23,650 nt of DNA from assembly GCA_023254095.1 (NCBI GenBank), contig JALNLM010000017.1, positions 1-23,650 on the forward strand. Direction: 5' to 3'. Under the pieces are notes generated by a model that worked only from the letters and a program-made list of their open reading frames with translations, ran no database searches and was not told the DNA's origin. Of this stretch, positions 15,397 to 23,650 are shown piece by piece; the first letter of the stretch is position 1, and every line of letters begins with the position of its first letter. Origin of the DNA: Candidatus Geocrenenecus huangii (GTDB lineage Archaea; Thermoproteota; Nitrososphaeria_A; Caldarchaeales; Wolframiiraptoraceae). The position numbers were made by a program, and so were the translations under genes.

Positions 15397-16761
15397 ATGC
15401 CTATAGTTTGGTCTAGTCTATGGAAAAAAGAAGACTGGTGGGCAGTCTGGGTAGGTTTCATAATAATACTGCTGGGTCTCGCAGCCGCCGCAGCAACAGG
15501 GTGGACTGCGCAGCCACTCCTCCAACCGTGGACAGGCTGGTATGCTAATATCGAGAAACTCGCTATAGATGCAAACCATGCATTAGGATGGATAGCTGTA
15601 TTCATCTTTACATTAATATTGACTATGATCGGAGTATGTGCTATTGAAGGAAAATTCGTAAAAGAGTATATACCAGGCTACCTGGTAGTATTCATACTTT
15701 CATGGATAGCTGTGATGATAGGAGCTACGCCTTTCGCTAAAACTTGGGGTCTCGAATATCCTCTATGGGCTTTGATAATAGGGCTACTGATCAGTAATAC
15801 TGTTGGTGTTCCAAAATGGTTGAAACCAGCTGTCAGAACAGAATTCTTCATAAAGATCGGTCTTGTAATCCTCGGTCTTGGAATATTCTTCACAGACTTA
15901 GTCGTCGCTGGAGGGCTTGCCGTAGTTCAAGCACTAATAAACGTTCTAGTAATATGGTATGTAGCATATTATATATGTAGAGGTTTCGGGCTCGATAGAG
16001 AATTCTCAAGCATTATGGCTACGGGTGTATCAATCTGCGGTGTTTCAGCAGCTATAGCTGCTGGAGGAGCCGTAAAAGGAGACCCGAAGTACATAAGCTA
16101 TACGATCTCGATGGTTTTAATCACAGCAATACCGATGCTTGTAGGACTACCATACATAATTAAAGCATTAGAGCCCGTCATTGGAAAATATTGGCTACAT
16201 GTTGGAGGAGCATGGATAGGAGCTACAATAGACACTACTCCGGCTGTCGTTGCTGCTGGAGGATTCTTAGGAGGCAGGGCAATGGATGTGGCCGCTATCG
16301 TTAAGATGGCTCAGAACATCCTGATAGGATTTGCCGCGTTTATAATGGCCGTGTACTGGGTCTTCAGGGTAGAGAAGAAACCCGAGGAAAGAGTCAGTCC
16401 AATGGAGGTCTGGTACAGGTTCCCGAAGTTCATCTTAGGGTTCATAGTGGCCAGCATTCTTGTAACAATAGTGATATCATCGATCGCTGGAGCAATGGGC
16501 ATTTCTCTAGCTAAAGCTAAAAGCGATTTTGTAGTAAAGTTCTGGCAAGGTGCAGTTGACAAGTATAGGAGCATCATCTTCTTCCCACTCGCCTTCGTCG
16601 GCATAGGTCTAGATACAAGGTTTAAAGAGCTTGTCGCTATAGGTAGAGGTAGACCAGCAGCTGCATATGTAGTAGCTCAGATAATCAACATAATCTTCTC
16701 GCTGTTCCTAGTATGGCTGCTCTGGGGAGGAATATTCTTCACACCACCACTAGCAGAATAA
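15397..16761 (+). CDS. YeiH/UPF0324 family membrane protein (putative sulfate exporter family, TC 2.A.98).
   Basis: The protein is polytopic (more than 10 hydrophobic segments) with the family-typical MATGVSICGVSAAIAAGGAV motif. The ORF track starts at TTG 15388. ATG 15397 is preferred because TTATAAA at 15361-15367 predicts a TSS near 15390. Confidence 0.75.
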   Translation: MPIVWSSLWKKEDWWAVWVGFIIILLGLAAAAATGWTAQPLLQPWTGWYANIEKLAIDANHALGWIAVFIFTLILTMIGVCAIEGKFVKEYIPGYLVVFILSWIAVMIGATPFAKTWGLEYPLWALIIGLLISNTVGVPKWLKPAVRTEFFIKIGLVILGLGIFFTDLVVAGGLAVVQALINVLVIWYVAYYICRGFGLDREFSSIMATGVSICGVSAAIAAGGAVKGDPKYISYTISMVLITAIPMLVGLPYIIKALEPVIGKYWLHVGGAWIGATIDTTPAVVAAGGFLGGRAMDVAAIVKMAQNILIGFAAFIMAVYWVFRVEKKPEERVSPMEVWYRFPKFILGFIVASILVTIVISSIAGAMGISLAKAKSDFVVKFWQGAVDKYRSIIFFPLAFVGIGLDTRFKELVAIGRGRPAAAYVVAQIINIIFSLFLVWLLWGGIFFTPPLAE

Positions 16762-16778
16762 ACTACCAAACTTCCAAA

Positions 16779-16790
16779 TTTTTATTTTTT
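16779..16790. terminator. TTTTTATTTTTT between the convergent permease and CPBP genes.
   Basis: It lies 18 nt after the stop at 16761. On the minus strand the same region is A-rich, so it mainly serves the plus-strand gene. Confidence 0.45.
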
Positions 16791-16809
16791 ACTTTAGAAT
16801 CGTGATTTA

Positions 16810-17574
16810 TTAACTGACCATTTCTAGTCCCCGCAAATACAGGAATACACTTAAAGCATTAACTAGCAAATGCCCTGTTAAGGCTGAGGTTAACCTGAAA
16901 TTATTTCTTATAGTTAAGAACCCGAAGATGAATCCGAAGATGAACATGGGGATTATTCCCGCTAACAATCCTCTATACCAATGAAGGGCCGAGAACGATA
17001 TTGTTTGTAGAAAGTTCACTATCCATAAGTTCCTAAATATGTTCTTAAGGAGGTTTATAGAGAATCCTCTAAAGTAAAGTTCCTCGATAAATGCTGGAAC
17101 GATAGTCATGTATGTTGCGTAAAACCATGGATTAAGTATAGAGATCAATGTCAGCATTTTTTCAACAGGGACAACATAGCCATAGAAAATATTGAAGATT
17201 ACAGTATCGGTTTTTTCTGGAATGAATGATATGGAAACGATAGATATGATCCATGTTATAAGTATATAGAAGAGTGCAAATACGCCTCCATGAAAAATGT
17301 CGCTAAGGGCAAGCCTCACTGTTGACCCCACACCAATACTTCTGAAGCTTATACCGAACCTATACATAATGATAACCATCACGAAGAATATGCAGAAGTA
17401 TTTACATGATTGCCCAATATAGAACTCGACTTCACTTGGTGGAACAAAGAATCTTTCAGCTCCAGCGATTATTAGCCAAGGCAATCTAATAGAAAGCATA
17501 GTCAAGATTGGAGAAAGCCATACTAATATGAACGTAAAATCATTCTTCAATTCTAACTCAACAACAATGTACAA
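16810..17574 (-). CDS. CPBP family intramembrane glutamic endopeptidase (CAAX protease/Abi family).
   Basis: Motif 1 is EELYFRGF and motif 2 is FSALHWY, set in a polytopic membrane protein. The ORF-track start at 17574 is TTG. The first ATG is at 17499 (MLSIRLPW...) and may be the real start. Confidence 0.75.
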   Translation of the reverse strand: MYIVVELELKNDFTFILVWLSPILTMLSIRLPWLIIAGAERFFVPPSEVEFYIGQSCKYFCIFFVMVIIMYRFGISFRSIGVGSTVRLALSDIFHGGVFALFYILITWIISIVSISFIPEKTDTVIFNIFYGYVVPVEKMLTLISILNPWFYATYMTIVPAFIEELYFRGFSINLLKNIFRNLWIVNFLQTISFSALHWYRGLLAGIIPMFIFGFIFGFLTIRNNFRLTSALTGHLLVNALSVFLYLRGLEMVS

Positions 17575-17739
17575 CTATCGAAAATAATAATTTTTCCGAA
17601 AATAATTACAGGATTCTTCAGCAGGAAGGAAGACGGAAAACATTATTCCATAACGGAAAAAACTAGTGGAGAATGAAAGTATGTGGTTTTTCAATGAAAA
17701 TATTTTTAAACTCGAAAAGTCTGTTCTTCTCTGAAAAAT

Positions 17740-18726
17740 ATGGTTGAAACAGGGCCTCCATCTCTCCATCATGTGGAGATAGAAGTACCTATATGGTTTT
17801 GGGAACTATACCATGCAATAATACTAGTCTTCATAGCTATTGACCTACTTGCAGGTGTTAGAAGGAAGCATGCTATGACGTACAAGGAGGCTGGCGCGTG
17901 GTCAGCCTTATGGATAGCGGTAGGTTTAGCGTGGGGAGCATTCGTATACTGGTTTGCATTCCCGGAAGATAAATTGCATGCTATGGCATTATACTACGCT
18001 GCATTCGTTGTAGAGAAATGTTTAAGCATGGATAACTTATTCGTCTTCGCCGTGATCTTTAGCTATTTCGCTGTTCCACTTCGAACACAGCCAATCGTAC
18101 TATACGTTGGAATAATTACAGCGATCGTGTTAAGAGCAACATTTATAGCTGGAGGACTATGGCTAATAGAGCAATTCCACTGGACTATATATGTCTTCGG
18201 AGCAGTCTTAATATATTCGGGATACAAGCTACTAAAAGCTGGAGAAGTAAAAGTGGATCCTTCAAGAAATCCAGTTATAAGGTTTGCTCGGAGATTTCTT
18301 CCTATAACCGATTATTATGATGGGGCCAAGTTTGTTGTTCGCACAAAACAATACGGAAAATTAATGTTCACTCCCCTGATACTGGCTTTACTTGCAATTG
18401 AAACATCGGATATAATATTTGCATTTGATTCTGTTCCAGCAGTTATAGCTATCACGATGAACTTTTTCCTGGCATATACTTCAAATATAGCCGCGATCCT
18501 TGGATTGAGAGCATTATACTTCCTAATAGCTATCACAATGTTTAGATTCAAGTATGTTGGACCCGCACTGGCAGGTATACTGGTCTTCTTAGGAATAAAA
18601 CTTATAATTGTACAATTCATCGAAATACCATTATGGCTATCAATATCAATAGTATTCTCAGTCCTAGGTGCTGCGATAATACTTTCGATAATGAGAGGAG
18701 AGGTCAAGAAAGAGATCGAGGAATAA
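17740..18726 (+). CDS. TerC/Alx family integral membrane protein.
   Basis: The family motif EKCLSMDNLFVFAVIFSYFAVP is present, with a second half-repeat ETSDIIFAFDSVPAV. The length is 328 aa. ATATTTTTAAAC lies about 35 nt upstream. Confidence 0.85.
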   Translation: MVETGPPSLHHVEIEVPIWFWELYHAIILVFIAIDLLAGVRRKHAMTYKEAGAWSALWIAVGLAWGAFVYWFAFPEDKLHAMALYYAAFVVEKCLSMDNLFVFAVIFSYFAVPLRTQPIVLYVGIITAIVLRATFIAGGLWLIEQFHWTIYVFGAVLIYSGYKLLKAGEVKVDPSRNPVIRFARRFLPITDYYDGAKFVVRTKQYGKLMFTPLILALLAIETSDIIFAFDSVPAVIAITMNFFLAYTSNIAAILGLRALYFLIAITMFRFKYVGPALAGILVFLGIKLIIVQFIEIPLWLSISIVFSVLGAAIILSIMRGEVKKEIEE

Positions 18727-18812
18727 ACAGTCAGATCTTTAAGATATTTGAAGCCATTCATGAAAATTTATAACGTGAACTTACTCCTATACTGTTAGAA
18801 TGAGGAAGCTGT

Positions 18813-18938
18813 GCGGGGGTAGCCAAGCCAGGTCAAAGGCGCAGGGCTCAGGATCCATAAAGGAGGATGAGAGCCCCTGAAAAATGGCTAACCGGGGAAT
18901 CCCATAGGGGTTCGTGGGTTCGAATCCCACCCCCCGCA
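18813..18938 (+). tRNA. tRNA-Leu (anticodon CAG) with a canonical anticodon-loop intron (~21 nt) and a second ~19-nt insertion in the variable region.
   Basis: The acceptor is GCGGGGG/CCCCCGC with discriminator A. The anticodon stem is CAGGG/CCCTG with loop CUCAGG(A). The T arm is GTGGG-TTCGAAT-CCCAC. The class II variable arm is CCC-ATA-GGG. The gene is 126 nt against about 86 nt expected for the mature tRNA. TATA-like AAATTTATAA lies about 40 nt upstream. Confidence 0.85.
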
Positions 18939-19122
18939 TATCACGTACTTTTCCTCTACCATTATTGATAATAATCGCTTAAAAGGAAATCATGAAAGAT
19001 TAGATGTTCAGACAAGAAAGAAGACACTAGAACCTCATAAATAGAATGGAGGAAATAATAAGTTTCTAGGATATTGAAGAGAAAAACCTATAAATTGAAT
19101 AGAGATATTTACTGGAGGTTGT

Positions 19123-19208
19123 GGGCCGGTAGTCTAGAGGCTATGACGCCGCCCTTACAGATTTCGAGGAGACGGCGGAGGACGTGGGTTCGAATCCCAC
19201 CCGGCCCA
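19123..19208 (+). tRNA. tRNA-Val (anticodon UAC) with a 13-nt intron after position 37.
   Basis: The acceptor is GGGCCGG/CCGGCCC plus A. The anticodon stem is CCGCC/GGCGG and encloses CTTACA-gatttcgaggaga-C. The T arm is GTGGG-TTCGAAT-CCCAC. CCTATAAATT lies about 30 nt upstream. Confidence 0.88.
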
Positions 19209-19328
19209 TCATATTATATTGTGAACGCGGGCAGGTTTATAGGAAATATGGTAAGGCTGTGGTAGACTGTATCAGTAGTAGTCTATGCTTTCTTTGTAGG
19301 CTATGTAAAGCGGATGTGTCCATGTTTC

Positions 19329-20867
19329 TCAGCAGGGTTCTATGGTTGATGGAGGTTTAGAAGATACAGCGTATGTTACCATCGTTACTTTCGGGATCTC
19401 GTTGGTAATTCTCCGACTGATTCTATCCATTATATCGTAGTCTATTCTATGCCAGTCCGCGGTCATCCCATCCATGCTCTCTACTATTCTAATCGTTACG
19501 ATGTATCCTTCTAGTCTCTCGTCTCCCATTACCCCTACCCATTTGTCGTCTCCGACTACTGCGAAAGCTTGCCACACATAGTCGTAGATTCCCGACCTCG
19601 ACAATTCCTCTTCAACTATCGCCGAGGCCTCTCTACATATATTGAGTTTTTCCTCGTTTACTTCTCCGATAATTCTTACTGCTATACCTGGTCCAGGAAA
19701 TGGGTGCCTCCCCCATATCTCCTTGGGTATACCTAGTTTCCTCGCTATCATTCTTACTTCATCCTTGTAGAAGTCTTTCAAGGGCTCCAAGATGTTTAGA
19801 GATATCTTGTCAGGTAATCCTCCAACATTGTGATGTGATTTTATTAGTGCTGAGTGTCTTCCGGTTCTCCCGCTTTCTACCCTATCTGGATATATGGTTC
19901 CCTGAGCAAGCCATCTAGCATTCTCTATTCTAGATGAAACTTCTTCGAAGACCTTTATGAATTCTTCTCCGATGATTTTTCTTTTTTCTTCGGGGTCTCC
20001 TACTCCTCTAAGTCTCTTCAAGAATCTTTCCGATGCATCCACTATAGCCAAGTTCTTTATCCCGAGGTTCTTCAATGTGTTTTCTACATTTTCTTTCTCG
20101 TTCTTTCTTAACAACCCAGTATCGATGAATATGCAGTGGAGCCTTTCACCGATTGCTTTAGATACCAGTACAGCCGTCGTGACAGAATCTACTCCGCCGC
20201 TTACCGCACATATTACTTTCTCCTCTTCTCCAATGATATTTCTTATCTCTTCGATTATTCTCGATACCTGGTCTCCAGGGTTCCACCAAGGACTTATCCT
20301 GCATATTCTTCTCAGGAAATTCTCGAGAATCTTTGAACCATGTTCTGTATGGTAGACTTCCGGATGGAATTGGGTTGAGTAGAATCTTTTATTATCGGTC
20401 ATAGATGTTATGATGCCTGTCTCACTTATACTTGTAACAATCCACCCTTTAGGAGGCTTAACAACAGTATCCCAATGGCTCATCCATACATGGAATTCTC
20501 TCGGCAAGCCATGATAGATATCGTCTTCGTTGATTATCTTTATTCTTGTTCTACCATATTCTCTAATATGGCCTCTCACCAATTCTCCCCCGAATTCTTT
20601 GGCCAGTAAATGATGCCCGTAACATATCCCGAGAACGGGTATATCATAGCTACGGAGATAATCGGAGTCGATTGTGGGAGCATCATCCTCAAGAACCGAC
20701 CTAGGTCCCCCAGACAATATTACTCCGCCTACTCCTCCCTCGATTAAAACTTCCGACAAGTTTTCAGGTTCAATGATCTCAGAGTAGACTCCAAGCTCTC
20801 TAATTCTCCTCGCTATTAGATGTGCATACTGTCCACCAAAATCTACAACGATTATCTTCAACCCCAT
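19329..20867 (-). CDS. guaA: GMP synthase (glutamine-hydrolysing), fused GATase plus ATP-pyrophosphatase.
   Basis: Motifs include KIIVVDFGGQYAHLIARRIRELGVYSEI, GICYGHHLL, the PP-loop SGGVDS, and the C-terminal PPSTIEPC. The ORF track extends to 20888 (MMYYVEIM...). TATA GATTATAAG (minus strand, 20897-20905) favours the ATG at 20867. Confidence 0.93.
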   Translation of the reverse strand: MGLKIIVVDFGGQYAHLIARRIRELGVYSEIIEPENLSEVLIEGGVGGVILSGGPRSVLEDDAPTIDSDYLRSYDIPVLGICYGHHLLAKEFGGELVRGHIREYGRTRIKIINEDDIYHGLPREFHVWMSHWDTVVKPPKGWIVTSISETGIITSMTDNKRFYSTQFHPEVYHTEHGSKILENFLRRICRISPWWNPGDQVSRIIEEIRNIIGEEEKVICAVSGGVDSVTTAVLVSKAIGERLHCIFIDTGLLRKNEKENVENTLKNLGIKNLAIVDASERFLKRLRGVGDPEEKRKIIGEEFIKVFEEVSSRIENARWLAQGTIYPDRVESGRTGRHSALIKSHHNVGGLPDKISLNILEPLKDFYKDEVRMIARKLGIPKEIWGRHPFPGPGIAVRIIGEVNEEKLNICREASAIVEEELSRSGIYDYVWQAFAVVGDDKWVGVMGDERLEGYIVTIRIVESMDGMTADWHRIDYDIMDRISRRITNEIPKVTMVTYAVSSKPPSTIEPC

Positions 20868-21110
20868 TATCTCTACATAATACATCATAGAAGAATCTTA
20901 TAATCTAAGCTCCATACTCTACGTTTTCCTGCAACATCGGTGAGCGGCTGGAACCTTAAACCAGCAACCCTTACAGCCCTATTTAAAATTAAACATGATT
21001 ATTTGATTCTAGGACCTTTCTAATTAAATGGATGAAGATTTTACTCTAGTAGTAACATTCATAGTGGATGATGATAAAGTTTTTTAATTGTTAAACAATT
21101 GTAGCTTGGG

Positions 21111-22508
21111 ATGAAGGATAAAGAAAAAATCTCTTTGTTTCTCGCCATGTTTATTCTTAGCTTATTTATCCTCTCCTCCATCCTAGAGGTTTCAGCTATT
21201 TCCCATCCCAAGTATCTCACTAACCTAGAAATTACCCCTACGTATATGACTGTAGCTGGAGACAGGGTAATAGTATATGATCCTGCGGGAGGCAATCTGC
21301 TATTCATAAGTAAAGAGGGTCGATTAGTAAGAAGTTTACAAGCTCCGAAAAACATAATGGATATTACATCGTCAGGAGACAAAATATTCCTTATTAGTTC
21401 AGCGGATACTGTACTCTACGTCTACGGAGTTCAAGGAGAATACGTCAAGGAGATAGAGTTGCCGGGGCCTCCAAACGACTTTGATGTTTCATCTAGGTTT
21501 TTATCAGTCTCGCTACCCGACAATGGCTTAATAATAGTATTCGACGTCGCCAGCTTAAATGAGTCGTCAAGAATATGGGTTGACGTCGACCATGGAATAA
21601 GCAAGATATCCGTAGACAATAACTTCGTTTATGCTGTAAGATCCGATGGGTTTACTCTCGTTAGAATTGACTTAGAGAGAGACCGGATAGACTATCTTAA
21701 ACTCGATGAAAAGATAGTTGCGTTAAAAGCATCTAATAGTAGGGTATTGGTGGCAACCAGTGATGACACGTTATATATGGTTGCAGAAGATTTTAAGATC
21801 AAGAAGAAGTGGAGCCTAGAGAAGGCCAGCACAATTGATATAGGCTTACACATGCTTTCCGATGGAAGGATAGTATATGTTGCTAGATCAAGGTGGGTTA
21901 TCGGAGAGATCGAGGAGGACAACGTTAACGAAGTGAGAACGGAGGGTAGAATATTCAGCGATGTATTAGATGTTGATAGAGTATGGTTTACTGAAGTTAA
22001 TACTAGAAGGATAGGATGGGTCTGGCTCTCTAGACCTCCAATAGTGCAGAGTATAACAGTAGAGCCTCAGGGAGGGGGATCATTCACAGTTTCTGCGAAG
22101 ATAATAGACCCTGATAAAGAAGATATCAAGGCATTACTAATAGTTACGATTAAGAGCAAGATCCCATATCTTCCAGGAGATAACAAAACATACGATATGG
22201 AATATCTACTAGACAGAGACATGTACGTTTCTGGATTTCAACTAAAAGCCGGTGATGAAGCAGAAGTATATGTAGTAGCAATAGATCCGGTTAATAATAT
22301 TGGTACGAGTCAGAGAATCCCTATAAAATACGTGGAAGAAGAAACAAAGACAGTAACCTTGGTTAGCCCGACGACCGCATCACCCCGCCCTATTGAATTA
22401 ACGGATCTATACATGGTCGCCAGCTCGCTCCTTCTACTCATACCTATTATAGCTGCTTTACTCATTATGAAAACTAAGAGAAAACCGAAAAAGAAGACAA
22501 GAAAATGA
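21111..22508 (+). CDS. Hypothetical membrane-anchored surface protein (signal/anchor, beta-propeller-like repeats, Ig-like domain, Thr/Pro linker, C-terminal TM plus basic tail).
   Basis: The N-terminal hydrophobic segment is ISLFLAMFILSLFILSSILEVSA. Repeated beta-strand-rich units are present (VIVYDPAGGNLLFISKEG, IFLISSADTVLYVYG, NNFVYAVRSDG...). The C-terminus is LLLLIPIIAALLIMKTKRKPKKKTRK. No family was recognised. Confidence 0.6.
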   Translation: MKDKEKISLFLAMFILSLFILSSILEVSAISHPKYLTNLEITPTYMTVAGDRVIVYDPAGGNLLFISKEGRLVRSLQAPKNIMDITSSGDKIFLISSADTVLYVYGVQGEYVKEIELPGPPNDFDVSSRFLSVSLPDNGLIIVFDVASLNESSRIWVDVDHGISKISVDNNFVYAVRSDGFTLVRIDLERDRIDYLKLDEKIVALKASNSRVLVATSDDTLYMVAEDFKIKKKWSLEKASTIDIGLHMLSDGRIVYVARSRWVIGEIEEDNVNEVRTEGRIFSDVLDVDRVWFTEVNTRRIGWVWLSRPPIVQSITVEPQGGGSFTVSAKIIDPDKEDIKALLIVTIKSKIPYLPGDNKTYDMEYLLDRDMYVSGFQLKAGDEAEVYVVAIDPVNNIGTSQRIPIKYVEEETKTVTLVSPTTASPRPIELTDLYMVASSLLLLIPIIAALLIMKTKRKPKKKTRK

Positions 22509-22570
22509 TCTCATAAGGCTAATCAAGTAAGAAATAAGAAAAATATCGCTGGGATGAATATATTGGACGG

Positions 22571-23505
22571 CTATACTCCTTTCTTGAATAATTGGATTAC
22601 TATGTAGTTTACTGATAGCTCTGTTATGCTAGAAGGTAGAGAATTAAATACCTGGTTTATCAAAGCCTTCTCTTTAGGTAACCCCTTATCGAGATTGAAT
22701 TCTTCCAGCAGCTTCGGCCCATACATTTCTGCTTCTTTTATTAGTCTACTAAGTGTTGGCATACCCATTTCTTCCGGAGTTACCAAACTCATCATCAACC
22801 CTAAGCTTTTTTAAAATCCTTCCACATCGCTTGAAGGAGCCTTCAATATTTCAGAAGTACTTATTTCTAAATCTTTCAACGTTTCATCAACAAATTTTTC
22901 ATGGATAGGTGTAATTGTGAGATGTATGCTTGGATGGATACCCATTTCCGATATACCTCTATGAGCTGGGAAATACCACACCTTCTTAACTATATGATCA
23001 GATAACTTGAACAAGTTGACGTTATCAGATGTAAATGCTATTATGACCGTGGGGCCGCCCATTATCTTGTAACCTATTTCTCTCAATTTACCTGATATTC
23101 GATTCCTAGCGACAATTATATTCTTGGATAGCTCCAGACATCCTTTTTCTCCGATCTAGAAGATAAGACTGAGCTCCAATAAGAGAATATGCATACTTGT
23201 GTGGTTCTAGAGAGATGGATGAAACACCTTCGATTTTGAAATCAAATTCCAATACGTTTTTCTCCCAGCTCCTTCATGAATGGCAGAACAAGTCCACCTA
23301 CACATGCATCTAGGTGAAGCCAGATGTTCTTTTCGTCTACGTCAGCCTGGTATGTCTCGGTATTTACTTTAACTCTTTTAACTTTCAGACCCATATACTC
23401 GGCGGCTTTATCATAGCACGGGTGTGCCGTGACAGACATAACTATCTCTGGAATAGTCATGAATCCTCTAACGAGTATGAATTTATCTGTAGTAGCCTTA
23501 GAAAC
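22571..23505 (-). pseudogene. Decayed mfnA-like group II PLP-dependent decarboxylase (tyrosine/aspartate decarboxylase family).
   Basis: Fragments lie in three frames: TIPEIVMSVTAHPCYDKAAEYMG...LHLDACVGGLVLPF (23460-23242); FDFKIEGVSSISLEPHKYAYSLIG, carrying the PLP-lysine motif, in another frame at about 23240-23150; and a C-terminal part at 23086-22811. An in-frame TAA at 22811-22813 precedes the last 75 codons. The N-terminal roughly one third is absent; the frame is closed by a TAG just upstream of 23505. Confidence 0.75.
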
Positions 23506-23523
23506 CTAAGAATATATTGTCAT

Positions 23524-23595
23524 TGGACCGGGCGGGACTTGAACCCGCGACCTCCCGCGTGCAAGGCGGGCGATCTCCCACTGATCTACCGGCCC
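23524..23595 (-). tRNA. tRNA-Ala (anticodon UGC), intron-less.
   Basis: The reverse complement reads GGGCCGG-TA-GATCAGTGGGAGATC-G-CCCGC-CTTGCAC-GCGGG-AGGTC-GCGGG-TTCAAGT-CCCGC-CCGGTCC-A. The G3:U70 alanine identity pair is present. AAATTTATATTTT lies about 25-35 nt upstream on the minus strand. Confidence 0.9.
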
Positions 23596-23650
23596 ATATT
23601 TTTATCATGTCTGCCAAAATATAAATTTAGAAATGTATCGAGCAGAAAAG

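Noticed and set aside
17575-17772. A 65-aa minus-strand ORF in the CPBP/TerC divergent spacer. Other short intergenic ORFs occur at 5653-5883, 8808-8999 and 19074-19265.
   Set aside because: They are AT-rich, lack motifs, and overlap promoters or tRNA genes (19074-19265 runs through tRNA-Val). There is no support for coding.
18914-18932. A 19-nt exact repeat, GTGGGTTCGAATCCCACCC, shared with 19184-19202.
   Set aside because: It is the conserved T arm plus the start of the acceptor strand of two different tRNAs (Leu and Val). It is not an att site or a mobile-element repeat.
21066-21074. GGATGATGA, a C-box-like sequence suggesting a C/D box sRNA. Weaker UGAUG words occur at about 5960 and about 6046.
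   Set aside because: No CUGA D box or C'/D' elements lie at the appropriate spacing downstream on either strand.
1-23650. Search for CRISPR arrays, rRNA genes or tandem repeats.
   Set aside because: No regularly spaced repeats of 24-40 nt and no rRNA-like segments were seen on reading the window.

Overview
The window looks like chromosomal DNA from a thermophilic crenarchaeon, probably Thermoproteales-like. This is inferred from intron-containing tRNAs, TATA boxes about 25-40 nt upstream of starts, GGAGGTGA-type Shine-Dalgarno sites inside operons, and oligo-T terminators. The gene order is as follows. (1) A bis-MGD molybdoenzyme catalytic subunit, cut by the window edge and broken by a 1-nt frameshift, followed by its 4x[4Fe-4S] partner carrying an extra C-terminal beta-barrel domain. 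(2) A tetrapyrrole/siroheme-precursor cluster, hemL-hemC ... cobA-hemD, split by about 720 bp of ORF-poor DNA and an antisense IS110-like recombinase gene bracketed by an exact 13-nt direct repeat. (3) A compact dissimilatory sulfite reductase locus, dsrM-dsrK, dsrA-dsrB-dsrD and a ferredoxin. (4) A radical SAM/SPASM protein, a YeiH/UPF0324 (putative sulfate exporter family) permease, a CPBP protease and a TerC-family protein. (5) tRNA-Leu(CAG), apparently with two introns, and tRNA-Val(UAC) with a 13-nt intron. (6) guaA, a membrane-anchored beta-propeller-like surface protein, a heavily decayed mfnA-like PLP decarboxylase pseudogene, and tRNA-Ala(UGC). No CRISPR array or rRNA was seen. The most unusual item is the very small, divergent IS110-like unit in the cobA promoter; IS110-family elements are known to use element-encoded guide RNAs. 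All calls come from reading the sequence and ORF translations by eye. No searches or folding programs were run.
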